Positions 15,001 to 24,112 of a stretch of 64,000 nucleotides of DNA are shown here, one piece after another. The notes under the pieces were generated by a model. It did not search any database. It saw only the letters and a program-made list of their open reading frames with translations, and was not told the DNA's origin. Within the stretch, counting starts at the first letter, position 1; every line of letters starts with the position of its first letter. The translations under genes were made by a program, and so were the position numbers. Origin of the DNA: Amoebophrya sp. A120 (Eukaryota; Protista; Dinoflagellata); the NCBI GenBank assembly GCA_905178155.1, contig CAJINV010000010.1:62001-126000 (forward strand), written 5' to 3'.

Positions 15001-18000
15001 TTCTCAGTGTCGGCGCGCCAGAGCTTTATGATCACGAGTATGGGGGTGTCAGGATCGAAATCGACAAACTTGAAACGATTTGCCATGCATAAAATGGAAC
15101 CCAGTTTTCAAGTGGCGCCTGACAAATTTTGGCTGTGCCTAAATGCAGTCTGTAATGCTGTTTAGGAACAGAAGGCGTCTTTTGTTATGCTACTTTAGCA
15201 GCTCTACCGCAGACCCCAAACAGGCTGACAGTCGGCCTCAGTCACTTGCCACCCCGGCAAGAGAGGCACTTCATGCCTTGCAATTTCTGCATGAGAAATT
15301 ATTTCAACTTTGTCGAATTCAGTCCTGACGCTTCCATAACGAGCTTCGTCCGCATATCCGCCTCGGAGAACGCCTATCATCTGCAAAAGTAATGTCGCAC
15401 TCGTAGCAAGAATTGCAGCTAATGTGCATGACAAGTCCAATTTTTTACCTGAAATAGCATGAGAGATAAAAGCATTTTTGTTCCGATGAAAATCAAAATT
15501 TGCCATGCAATTCATACTAGTACGATAATGCTATTGCAATGCATAAAGCCCCGCCCATCTTCGCTTTCGCCTGGTCGACGCAGTACAGCAATGCTATGGC
15601 ATTCTCAAATGTTACATTCTCAACTGTTACATGAGTTTGTGATGCAAAAATGGCAAAAGTACAAGTAGAAGGGGTGGCCTTGTTGCGCGTCTTGCATGAC
15701 AGATTTCTTGGGGCAGATTCTCATCCTGCTTGCCCTTCGAGAGTTTGTCATGCGAAGCAGCTTGATCGTGTCGATTCTGATTGCAGTTTTGCATGACAAA
15801 CTATGTAACAGTTGAGGATGTAACATTTGAGAATCCCATAAATGCGCGCTGCTTGGCCGCCTGGTCCCGTTCTTTTTTCCAGGTGAAAAAAACTTTCATC
15901 TTATCAAACAAAAAAGTGTTCATTTCACAGAATGCAGTCACGCAGGACAGATTCTGCCTAATATGAATGTTATGCATGACAAATTTGGGCACGACGTTTT
16001 GTGCTCATGCGTCACTGCATCACAAATTCCGTTCAAAGTTAACACTCTTTTCTCTGATACATCTTCACCGTCCTACCCCGAAACTTCACGGCGGTGCGGT
16101 GTCTATGCATTGCAAAAGTATGCATCGCACTCGTATAAATGCATTACAAATTTCATCAGCATGACAAATAAAATTTGTAATGCTGATTTACCTTAAGAAC
16201 AAGATTTGTAACGCATGATTGCGATACGAGTACGATACTTTTGCACAGGATAGTGTCGATGCTTGTTCGCGACGTGCACCGTTTTCGCGATCTGTAGCGC
16301 GAACAGCTCGTGCTTCACAGCGAGTGTAACGTCCTTCCAGCCGTGAAAAGCCGCGCGCATGACGTTGCCGTCAATCTGGACGCATCCTGTGCAAAAGTGT
16401 CGCAGTCGTAGTAATCTTCGCAGTCATGCATCACAAATCGTTTTCTTGAGGCAAATCCGCATTACAAATTCCATTCCTAATGCTGAGGAAATTTAATTAA
16501 ATATGCAATTTATACTACGTACGACATACTTTTGCAATGCATAGGCCGCCCAGCATCAGGGGCATACGGCCCCGGACGAAGTTCTGGTAACGGGCGAGCA
16601 GGTATGCGTTGCAAATATGTCTGGGTCTGGGAACTTGTGATGCAAGGAGGGGAATAGGTAGCGCACTGTAAAAATGCGCTACCAAGCATGGCAAGTTTCT
16701 CGGTGGTTCTGAGTTGCGTCCTTCGCATGAGAATAAACTGCGTTTCTGCATCATGCCAGGCAAGAAGAGCTCTTTGTGGCCACACAATACAGAGTTCAGG
16801 GTCATGCCAGGCTAGCACGACAAATCTCGCAGTCTTCCAGACCCAGACATATTATTGCATTGGATAGCAGCCCGAAGGCGGCTCCGTTTTCTTCCGAGAC
16901 CGACTTCTGTGGATGTGTCAGGATTGAAATCGACAACGTTGAAATAACTTGTAATGCATGAAATGAACGAAAGTTGTGACCCAGTTTCCTAGTGGCGCAT
17001 GACAAATTTAGGTAAAGCCGATATCCAGTCTGTCATGCTTTTTGAGTAAGAAAGACGCCTTTTGTCATGCTACTTTAGCAGCTCAGTTTCTACCCCTCAA
17101 CAGGCTTAGAATCTTCCTCACTTGCCTACTCTGCAAGGCAGGCACTTTGAGGGCTGCACTTTATGCATGGCAAAGTATTTCAACTTTGACGATTTCAAAC
17201 CTGACGCTTCCATAACTTCAGGGACTCTTGTAGCAGTTCCTGCCGCTCGACAAAATCGGCCTCCTTTGCCTTTTCCTTCTGCTCAAAACGGGTCAGCAAG
17301 GTCTGCACCTCATGTTTGTGTTCCCGGTTTAAGTCTTCCCTTTCTATCCTGCGGAGACCCTCGCGGAGCTTGCGAATCATGCGGGCGACGTACCTGAAGT
17401 GGTTTTATTAACGCTCTTCTTCGATCCGATCGAAGTCGCACGGTCGTGTTCGTGTTTGTTGATATTTCGCAAGACAGTAGTAGTAGATTTGAATTTCATC
17501 TGCCTATATAGGTACGATTCGGTTTCGGAGCGCAAGCTATTTTTTTTTCCTCTTATTTCATCAACCCATCACGACATTTAATTCGACGTCAGGCATACAT
17601 ACACGACATCGACAACTGCAAAACAACTACATCAGGAAAGCCAAAGAACGCTTTGATTCTCAATATGATCAAAATAAATCAGTACCCTCTCATCAGCACC
17701 ACGTCCGCTTGACTCGGGCGTGGTGGTGGAATCAGGAAGGGCTTTGCTCGGGTTCTCCTGCTATGCATTGCAAATAGGAACGACCTGGGTCGTGGGGCGT
17801 CTGGAAAAATGAATGCAAGCTCTGTCATGCTGCGCTAGCAGCAGATGTTATTTTTACAACCTGTCCCGACAGCACATCTTGCTGGAATTTTAGGACCAGC
17901 AGAGTACTAGAAAGATAGCTGCGCACGACTTCAGGAGCCGTTAGAAATACAAAGGCAGTGCAGCTCACATGGTGTTCATCGTCTCTGTTCGTTAACTACA

Positions 18001-20906
18001 CGTGCTGCTGCTCTCAATGGTGGAGAAAATGAGATCGAGATGCTACGCAGACATGCGCATAGCCTATAATGTGACATCTCTAATTATTTTTTAATCAAAT
18101 CATCGACATGTAGTTGCTGGCCACGACGTAATATTTGCAGTGGATACCTTATCGCAAGAAAAAAGTGCTACAGTTACACACTTGTTGGAGTTTCTGCATC
18201 AAAAAGTTGCTCGACATGGCCAAGAAAACCTGTGATGCACAGACTATAAGGGAAAACACGAATGAAATGAGGTTAGCAAGCATTTCCTGCATGACAGAGG
18301 TTGTCTGTCTTGCTTGTCTCCCATCAGAATGTGTAACTGTAACACTTTTTTCTCACGATATACCTGCCGGGATGATGACTCGAAGACGATCTCGTGTTGT
18401 TTCCGCCTTTTCCTTATCCTCTATCAAAGTTGCATCGCACTCGTTTGCTTGTCATTACTATTGTGCATAGCAATATTTTTTGTTCTTAGTCTTGTTCAAT
18501 CAGCTTCAGCATTACACCATTATATTTTTTATCGTTTTGGTCAATTGTTTTTGTGCTTCGTACTACATGCAGTTTGTGGATATAGTACTGGCGCGGTGCA
18601 ACAACTTTTGCCGTGCATATTCCGTGATCATGGTTACACGGCTTGCCGCTGATTTTGTGTGGACAGTAGGGGTTAAAGCCGTTGCGGTAGTAGGTCGTTG
18701 TGTTCGTCGCCAACGCCCCTCCGGTATCAACTGAAGACCTGTCATCTGGGTCTGGAAGGTGGTAACTTGTGATGTTGTCTTTGAATTCCAAAACAATCTG
18801 TATTGCGTGACTAGCAAGAGGCGTCCACGTCCAGTCTGTGCTACGCGCCGGAGAGGCATTTGGCATGCGGAATAGGCATCAGGAACAAGCCCTCTAAAAA
18901 TATAAGGTGCTAGGGCATGCATCACACGCGTTAGGGGTCATGCAAAGTGTGCATGACAAGCGTCGCACTATTCCAGACCCAGACATATTTGCCGTTGATA
19001 TCCGGGTATCCCCGGCGTACCGGGCGCGGACCGGCCTTCTTTGCTGTTGTGTTTCCGCTTGAAAGCGGAACCAACCGCGGCGAGTCCGTATGGAAGCGTC
19101 AGGATTGAAATCGACAAAGTTGAAATAGTTTCCCATGCATAAATTGCAAGGCATGAAGTGCCTCTCTTGCAGGGATGGCCAGTGAGGCCGACTGTCACCC
19201 TGTTTGGGGTATACTGCGATAGAACTGCTAGAGTAGCATGTTGACAAAAGACGTTTTATGTCCCTAAACAGCATGACAAACTGTTGAATTTAGACGGTCG
19301 TGCCGAAATTTGTCACGCGCCGCTGGGAAAGTGGGCTTCCAACTGGAGGTATCGATTTTATGCATTACAAGTAAAGATTTCAACTTTGTCGATTTCAGTC
19401 CACCTGACACTACCATAGTCCGTTCGACTCCTGTAGTATCCGCTCTGCGGATCCAGACCTTTTGTGGTTATCCAGGTACTCGCGCATCGCGGTCTCTTCC
19501 CTCTGTCAAATGTAAAAATGTCTGGGTCTGGAAACTTGTGATGCTGGGTGGCGTCTCACGATAAGGCCACAAATGCTCGCTCAGCATGACAAGTTTCTGA
19601 GCTTCTAGGTGTCGGTGTCGCCTACTCTGCGTGACAAACTGCGTTCCTGCATCACAGAAAAACAGAGCTCCTGGGTAACGTGCATGACAGATTTAAGAGT
19701 CATGCCAGACAAGCATGACAAACATGCATTCTTCCAGACCCAGACATTTTTGCAGTTGATACCCTCTGCAGGTCAACCATGGACACGGCCCGCTGGCTCG
19801 CACCGAAAAACGCACCCGACCCACCGGCTTCATCTGGCGACCCCGCGTGCGAGGAGTTTTTCGAGGTTATCGCGGAATTTTCTGGATGTGTCAGGTTTGA
19901 AATCGACAAACTGTCATGCACAAAATGGATACCAGTTGGAAGCCCAATTTCCAAGCGGCACATGACATAAACAGACTGTGCACCTGCGGGAATGGCATTG
20001 TGTTTCGGGTGAGTTGATCAACCCAAAGACATGACAAATTTTCGGAGCATGACAAATTTTCGGAGCACCGGAGTGATCCAATTTGTCATGCTGTTTGGGC
20101 ACAGAAGACTGCTTCTGTGATGCTCCTTTAGCAGCTCTATCCCAAACCCTGAATAGGCCCACAATCTGCCTCACTTGCCATTCCTGCAAGAGAGGCACTC
20201 CATGCCTTGCATTTTATGCATGACAAACTATCTCAACTTTGACGATTTCATTCCTGGCACTCCCATAAATTTCTTGGCGGCAGGTTGGAGGGCAGTATCG
20301 TAAGGAAAAATCCCCCCTCCCCATATCAAAAAGGTACTTCTCGGAAAATTTCTAATGCTGATCTGTGACCACAAATCTTTTTGTCTTGCAAGAAGGCAAT
20401 TCTACAGTCTCCGCCACATTATGCGCACGGTTTGTGATGCTGCTTGGGCTAAAGCATAGACATTTGTGATGCTAAGCGTCCACGTCAGACGCTTCGTTCT
20501 CAGGCACGGCATATGCCTGCAATCCTCTACTGCAAGACAGCTCTCATTTGTGTACGGAAATCCAGCATCACAAACTTCGTTTTGATATGGGGAGGGGGGA
20601 TTTTTCCTCACGATAAAAAGCGCGTTGCCGTTTTCTGGCAGTTTGTCCAGCTCCTCCTCGAGGACTTGGGCGAAGGTCTATCGCAAGAGAAAACTGCTTC
20701 ACTGTGAACTTGTGATGCAGAAACAGCATCACTGAAGTCTTTGTCTTGCTACACATGCAAGACAAGTGATTTTTAGTGGTATTTTCCCTTAGGATCCTTG
20801 CATGGCAAGTTTTCTTTGTAATGTGTAGCGAACTTGTAATGCAAAACTTGCAAAATCCTTACAGTGAAACAATTTTTTCTTACGATAAGGTCTCGAGGGA
20901 GTACAT
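1..20906 (-). CDS. Giant multi-exon gene, Sfi1-like (centrin-binding-type W repeats) / coiled-coil protein; 3' end lies outside the window
   Basis: Exons join in frame at checked junctions after removing introners plus one 5-bp DR and about 6 conventional introns (e.g. ~5706-5871, ~8652-8836, ~9461-9707, ~12742-13882, ~17394-17685). Probable start is MYSLETFAQVLEEELDK at 20906. Recurrent aromatic-x-x-W motifs: RFYLGWKSIW, IVMNAW, AFASWLTF, LNKCWRGW, AFFMAWRT, ELFDAWGN, WTFQCWFK. Continuity across 18.4-18.7 kb is less certain. 49 introners counted. Confidence 0.65.
445..663. mobile_element. Introner F1
   Basis: TIR TATCNCANGAAAAAAGTGTTACA; DR cgggt/cgagt; removal joins AATR-WMEIRN in frame. 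Confidence 0.9.
1346..1630. mobile_element. Introner F2
   Basis: TIR TATCCNANGTAAAAACATCCCCA; DR cgagg/cgggg. Confidence 0.88.
1851..2021. mobile_element. Introner F3
   Basis: tatccatagg...ctgtggata; perfect DR ttctc. Confidence 0.9.
2139..2303. mobile_element. Introner F4
   Basis: TIR TATGCANNGCNAAAGTATCGT; DR tctac/tctcc. Confidence 0.85.
2530..2691. mobile_element. Introner F4
   Basis: TIR TATGAACTGCAAAA; DR cgttt/cgttc. Confidence 0.88.
2767..2928. mobile_element. Introner F5
   Basis: tatcacaggaaaaag...ttttttgtttgata; perfect DR caaca. Confidence 0.9.
2956..3278. mobile_element. Introner F6
   Basis: TIR TATCAANAGNAAAAATNCCTCC; perfect DR aaccc. Confidence 0.9.
3384..3634. mobile_element. 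Introner F7
   Basis: TIR with ATGTCTNGGTCTGGAA; DR cgagg/ctagg. Confidence 0.88.
3770..4085. mobile_element. Introner F6
   Basis: TIR GGAAAA(A)TCCCCCTCCCCATA; perfect DR ttcgt. Confidence 0.9.
4437..4650. mobile_element. Introner F1
   Basis: Homologous to 445-663; perfect DR gctcc. Confidence 0.9.
4706..5018. mobile_element. Introner F8
   Basis: TIR TATGNNAGNGTCAGNANNGAAATCGTCNAAGTTGAAATA; perfect DR gtccc. Confidence 0.92.
5105..5364. mobile_element. Introner F7
   Basis: tatcaaatgcaaatatgtctggg...gcagttcata; perfect DR gtagc. Confidence 0.9.
5438..5627. mobile_element. Introner F3 (degenerate)
   Basis: tatgcaatacaaat...actgcggata; DR ggtag/agtag; joins NEYHY-LREGY in frame. Confidence 0.8.
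5971..6205. mobile_element. Introner F9
   Basis: TIR TATGGNGTTCTCAAACGTTACANTCTCAACTGTT; perfect DR tattc. Confidence 0.92.
6254..6406. mobile_element. Introner F4
   Basis: tatgaaatgcaaaagcatcg...gcagaggata; DR ctaca/ccaca. Confidence 0.85.
6655..6941. mobile_element. Introner F7 (degenerate)
   Basis: tatgcatt...ttgcaatgcata; DR cgcct/cgcgt. Confidence 0.8.
7083..7247. mobile_element. Introner F4 (opposite orientation to 6254)
   Basis: tatcctgtgcgaaag...aaatgcata; perfect DR tccag. Confidence 0.88.
7325..7577. mobile_element. Introner F9 variant
   Basis: TIR with GTTACAATCTCAAACGTTACAATAGAAT; perfect DR tcctg. Confidence 0.9.
7714..7869. mobile_element. Introner F4
   Basis: TIR TATGNANTGCAAAAGCAT; perfect DR gtgcc. 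Confidence 0.9.
7947..8078. mobile_element. Introner F2-related
   Basis: TIR TATCCANGANAAAACNACACCCAT; DR gttcc/attca; homologous to 37501-37618. Confidence 0.82.
8312..8578. mobile_element. Introner F9 (degenerate)
   Basis: tatgggcattc...gaatcccagcata; DR ctcgg/ccagg. Confidence 0.68.
8914..9186. mobile_element. Introner F7
   Basis: F7 TIR; perfect DR agctg. Confidence 0.9.
9265..9407. mobile_element. Introner F4
   Basis: TIR TATGAANTGCA; DR tcagc/tcacc. Confidence 0.85.
9788..10009. mobile_element. Introner F10
   Basis: TIR TATGAGAGTGCACANCTCC; DR gtgga/ttgga. Confidence 0.88.
10071..10230. mobile_element. Introner F5 (reverse complement of 2767-2928)
   Basis: tatcaaacaaaaaac...tttcttgtgata; perfect DR tgtgc. 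Confidence 0.9.
10354..10582. mobile_element. Introner F11 (TIR matches the 13.7-kb element)
   Basis: Left end TATCCAAGGAAAAAACTGTGTTAGTGTAGGT, right end revcomp TATCGAAAAGAGAAACTGTGTAAGTG; perfect DR ctcgg. Confidence 0.92.
10671..11652. mobile_element. Introner F7 with nested ~700-bp insertion
   Basis: catcaaatgcaaaagtgtctggg...gcatttgata; perfect DR cgtgg; element body resumes at 11427. Confidence 0.85.
10726..11426. mobile_element. Insertion bounded by 19-bp direct repeat, poly-T at left end (retroposition-like)
   Basis: aacctgtgatgctgaattt at 10707 and 11427; T-run follows the left copy. Confidence 0.7.
11725..12022. mobile_element. Introner F7 (degenerate)
   Basis: tatgcatcgcaaat...tttgcgatgcaca; perfect DR gttcg. 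Confidence 0.82.
12177..12356. mobile_element. Introner F4 (degenerate)
   Basis: tatgcattgcaaaagca...aaatgcgta; DR accag/gccag. Confidence 0.72.
12546..12707. mobile_element. Introner F5
   Basis: Homologous to 2767-2928; DR decayed. Confidence 0.82.
12858..13582. mobile_element. GC-rich intronic insertion bounded by 38-bp direct repeat
   Basis: gcggttgctgatgctgtactagtgggaaataagctatg at 12820 and 13583; inside, many gagagg/cctctcgcgcac units in both orientations. Confidence 0.75.
13972..14249. mobile_element. Introner F7
   Basis: TIR TATCAANTGCAAAAGTGTCTGGGTCTGGAA; DR ggcat/cgcat. Confidence 0.9.
14279..14504. mobile_element. Introner F10
   Basis: tatgagactgcaca...ctgtgcacattcata; DR tagct/cagct. 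Confidence 0.85.
14616..14766. mobile_element. Introner F3
   Basis: tatccacagtaaatttcccgtaca...tgtacgggaaatttgtattgcata; DR atccg/attcg. Confidence 0.88.
15039..15338. mobile_element. Introner F8
   Basis: F8 TIR; perfect DR acgag. Confidence 0.9.
15375..15545. mobile_element. Introner F4
   Basis: tatcatctgcaaaagt...ttgcaatgcata; DR acgcc/aagcc. Confidence 0.8.
15595..15840. mobile_element. Introner F9
   Basis: TIR TATGGNATTCTCAAATGTTACATNCTCAACTGTTACAT; perfect DR aatgc. Confidence 0.92.
15902..16059. mobile_element. Introner F5
   Basis: Same orientation as 10071; perfect DR catct. Confidence 0.9.
16104..16252. mobile_element. Introner F4
   Basis: F4 TIR; perfect DR gtgtc. Confidence 0.9.
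16383..16543. mobile_element. Introner F4
   Basis: catcctgtgcaaaag...ttgcaatgcata; DR ggacg/ggccg. Confidence 0.82.
16603..16866. mobile_element. Introner F7
   Basis: F7 TIR; DR gcagg/gcagc. Confidence 0.87.
16908..17214. mobile_element. Introner F8
   Basis: F8 TIR (left end TGT variant); perfect DR acttc. Confidence 0.88.
17762..18146. mobile_element. Introner F7 (degenerate)
   Basis: tatgcattgcaaata...tatttgcagtggata; DR cctgc is restored once the adjacent element is removed. Confidence 0.72.
18150..18360. mobile_element. Introner F1 inserted into the terminus of the previous element
   Basis: Perfect DR tacct overlapping the ATA end of 17762-18146. Confidence 0.88.
18725..19000. mobile_element. 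Introner F7
   Basis: F7 TIR; perfect DR tccgg. Confidence 0.88.
19089..19417. mobile_element. Introner F8 (opposite orientation to 4706)
   Basis: F8 TIR; perfect DR gtccg. Confidence 0.9.
19504..19761. mobile_element. Introner F7
   Basis: F7 TIR; perfect DR ccctc. Confidence 0.9.
19881..20267. mobile_element. Introner F8 with internal duplication
   Basis: Perfect DR aattt; tandem catgacaaattttcggag x2 at ~20029-20065. Confidence 0.82.
20296..20615. mobile_element. Introner F6
   Basis: Near-perfect TIR TATCGTNAGGAAAAATCCCCCCTCCCCATATCAAAA; DR decayed (ggcag/aaaag) but removal of element plus 5 nt keeps frame. Confidence 0.88.
20679..20886. mobile_element. Introner F12
   Basis: TIR TATCGNAAGANAAAANTGNTTCACTGT; perfect DR aggtc. 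Confidence 0.9.
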
Positions 20907-21074
20907 GATAGGCACTGAGAATCAATTGTGAAGGTAATAAACGAAGAAGTAGAAAAGACCACGATTAGACAAAAACTTTCAAAAAAAAGAATCAAGCCCC
21001 ACAAGAACTTCTTCACATTAACACGACTTCTGTACAGCTATTGCAGTAGCTTTGCTTGCTAAAGGTCCTCTTTG

Positions 21075-22002
21075 CAGCTCTTGTTCGAGTTCAATCACAA
21101 TCTCAATGCAGTAAGTATACTGGTAAATAAGTTTAAGCGTGCGTGGTCGTGATTATCTTGCTTCTTCCCAGGAGGCGGCTGCTCGCATTACATCTAAGCC
21201 CAGAAGCAACAAGCCAGCTTTTGTCGCTCGTGGGTAGGACAACACGAAACCAAGTAGCCGGGCTGGTACAAGACGATGAAACCACATCCGCTACATGCAG
21301 GACACAACTTAACCTTCGCGATTTTCAGCACATTTGAAGTCGCTCACACACTCGAGAAGGAGGGTCGGTCCTCCTTATATATTCAAGGTCGCACCACCAT
21401 CGAAGCGGCACCTCCACCTCCCCTCACGACAGTCAAAGTATAGAATAATAAACGATAGTTGTAGTGTAACACTTTTGCACACGACATTGCAGGTTATTGT
21501 CTCTACTTTGCGCCCGAGGTTCTTTTGAAAAATTTTCCTCTCGTTGATGGACAATTTTGTCTCCATCTCTCAACTACATGATCTCTCTACTTTCGATCAT
21601 CTGCTTCGCCCAACACTAATAGCGCAAGAACTTTTTATCAATGAGAACAACACAGTACGACCTCCTCTTATGTAATACAGCTACGACCTTCTGAGAACAG
21701 GAGAAGAAAACTGCACTGGATTTCCATGCAGATGCGGAATATTAATTCTCCCGCGAGTCTTTCCTTTGGTGTGTCTTTTGGCATGTGCAAAGGGTAACTG
21801 GCACGCACAAAATTCATCTCCTTGTCGTCGCCCACGTGCAGCCGTTCACTTTTCAAATAAATAAGGCCTCAACTTTCGAAGTCCGAAAAGCGCTTCTAAC
21901 AGCTGAAAGAGATAGCGAATCTGTCACGCGCGTTGCCGTTCCGCACAACTTTGCCACATCACTCCACTTCTTAACTTGTCGCGCTGTTTCTTCTTTTTGT
22001 CT
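21075..22002. repeat. Diverged dispersed copy of part of the 1447-bp tandem unit
   Basis: Colinear similarity with 30811-31722. Confidence 0.85.
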
Positions 22003-22901
22003 TGTTGCTGTTGTTGTTTTTGTTCTGTTCCTCATGCAGGTTAGCCTGCCTACCGTGATATCTTTTAGCGCAAGATTACTGCTTTGGAAAAGGTTAGAAG
22101 CTACTTGTCTGCGTGGGGAGTTTTCTAATTTTTCAAGCGACATCTACTATAGAACTTTTTCCGCAGTACACCCGAGAGCTGTTAACGAACGGACTCGAGT
22201 CTAAACTAGGACTACTACCGCGATTCGGGAACTGTTGTTGTGACTTCTACGCGCTAGTGGTTGAAAAAGCAAGCTTACACTTACCCATAATCTGTTCACA
22301 TGCTGGCTTTAAAAATATCCAGTGCCCCCTGCCCTACCATAGTGCGATCGGTTTCGATTTACGAAAGACCGAGAGCACCTCATTCCCATGAAGCTCATCT
22401 CCAATTTGAAGCAAACGTAGCGAGCTTGTCCGGTTGCGTTTCCGATTTTCGTGATAAATGTCTTCCACACGGGTGCCCGAGAGACCGAGATTTACATTTT
22501 TCAAACACAGTCGCCCGAGGTACATTGGACTTGCATCTGAAAAACTACTCCGCCGGCACTCTGCTAATTCTTTTAGTAGATCATGGTAGTTCATCGGTCG
22601 TGTGTCTAGGTTTCATAGTAAAATCTTACACGTAGAGCTAAAGAGACCATAGTAATGCCAATGCTGTTTTTAAGTTTTTGCATGGTAGTTCTTGTAGCCG
22701 CCCGCAGGTCAGACGCTATCTTTTTAGATTTTTGAGATATGTCGATCTACTAGTATCTTTTGCGACTAAATTTTTCACAACTGCATTGATTGCTGCGTCA
22801 TGTCTGTAACACCATTTCCCCCGCACTTTCCATCCCTCCACCATAATCCCTTTCCAGCATAATAATAAATGCAGAGTAGAACATCAGCAATCTGGCTTCA
22901 T

Positions 22902-23046
22902 TATGAACTGCAAAAGTATCGTATTCGTATAAATGCATGACAAATTCCCTCAGCATGAGAAATGAAATTTGTAATGCTGTTTTACCTTCAGAAAAGAATT
23001 TGTAATGCATGATTGCAATACGAGTACGATACTTTTGCACAGGATA
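22902..23046. mobile_element. Introner F4
   Basis: F4 TIR; perfect DR ttcat; host gene context unclear. Confidence 0.88.
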
Positions 23047-23393
23047 TTCATCATCTGGCAACCCCGCGTGGGAGGAGTGTGCAAGAAAAAAGCTGTGTAG
23101 GTGTAAATCTGTCATGCCGAACTACAAGCAACAGAGTTCTTGTTACACCTGTCACGCCAGGCAGCCACGAAGCCCTCTCTTCGTGTGTGTTTTGGTTTTC
23201 CCTTACACGGCACGCATGACAGGTTTATTTCTTCTCTTATAAATTCGTAAATGAAATTTTACACGTAGTTCTAGTGAAAGAAAGACAAATTTTAGAACGT
23301 ACTTACTATAGTTAGAAGCACACTCATAGTTAGAAGTTCATTTTTTTCCGATGTAGTTGGCCCCTGTAGGTCGCGTAGTCCAAATCTAATGTT

Positions 23394-23706
23394 TATGGAA
23401 GCGTCAGGATTGAAATCGTCAAAGTTGAAATAGTTTGTAATGCATAAAATGCAACCCACAAAATGCCTGTCTTGCAGAGTAGGCAAAGGAGGCAGATTTT
23501 AAGCCTGTTGAGGAGTAGGAGTAGAGCTGCTAAAGTAGCATGACAAAAGGCGTCTTCCTTACGCTTACCCGAACAGCATTACAAACAGGATCTCGGCTCT
23601 ACCCAAATCTGTCACGCGTCACTTGAAAACTAGCCGCCATCTGGTATCCATTTTATGCATTACAAATTATTTCAACTTTGTCGATTTCAATCCTGACACT
23701 CCCATA
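23394..23706. mobile_element. Introner F8
   Basis: F8 TIR; DR atgtt/atatt; host gene context unclear. Confidence 0.87.
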
Positions 23707-24112
23707 ATATTGCCAGTAGGTACTCCTGCACTCGCTGACTCCGAAGCGTGGCAAGGTCACCGGCGCGCGTGCGACTTAACATGAGTCGCCGGGCGGGGCG
23801 AGTTTTTGTAGTCGGTACGATCTTCAAAATCATCAAAATTTGAAATATAGTCCTGAGGCTGAGCTGCAGTACAAAACAATCTTCATCCAGGCCTTGTAGA
23901 AGATACAGCTGCCTCAACGTTCGTTGTAGATCTTCTTGTTGTACGCAAAAGTAGAGGGGCGGCTAAGGCTGGCCCCCCTGATCAATCATCATTCTCCAGA
24001 AAGCGCTGCTGAATGTTGAAAAACAGGAATTGTCAATCCTTGAGTCCTCTCGACGCGCTCTGGAAGACCGCTGATTTTTCGACACTTCATACATCCAACG
24101 GATACATTTTAC

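Noticed and set aside
22800-23900. Additional gene or upstream exons of the giant gene
   Set aside because: Two introners are present, but I could not assemble a consistent reading frame around them.
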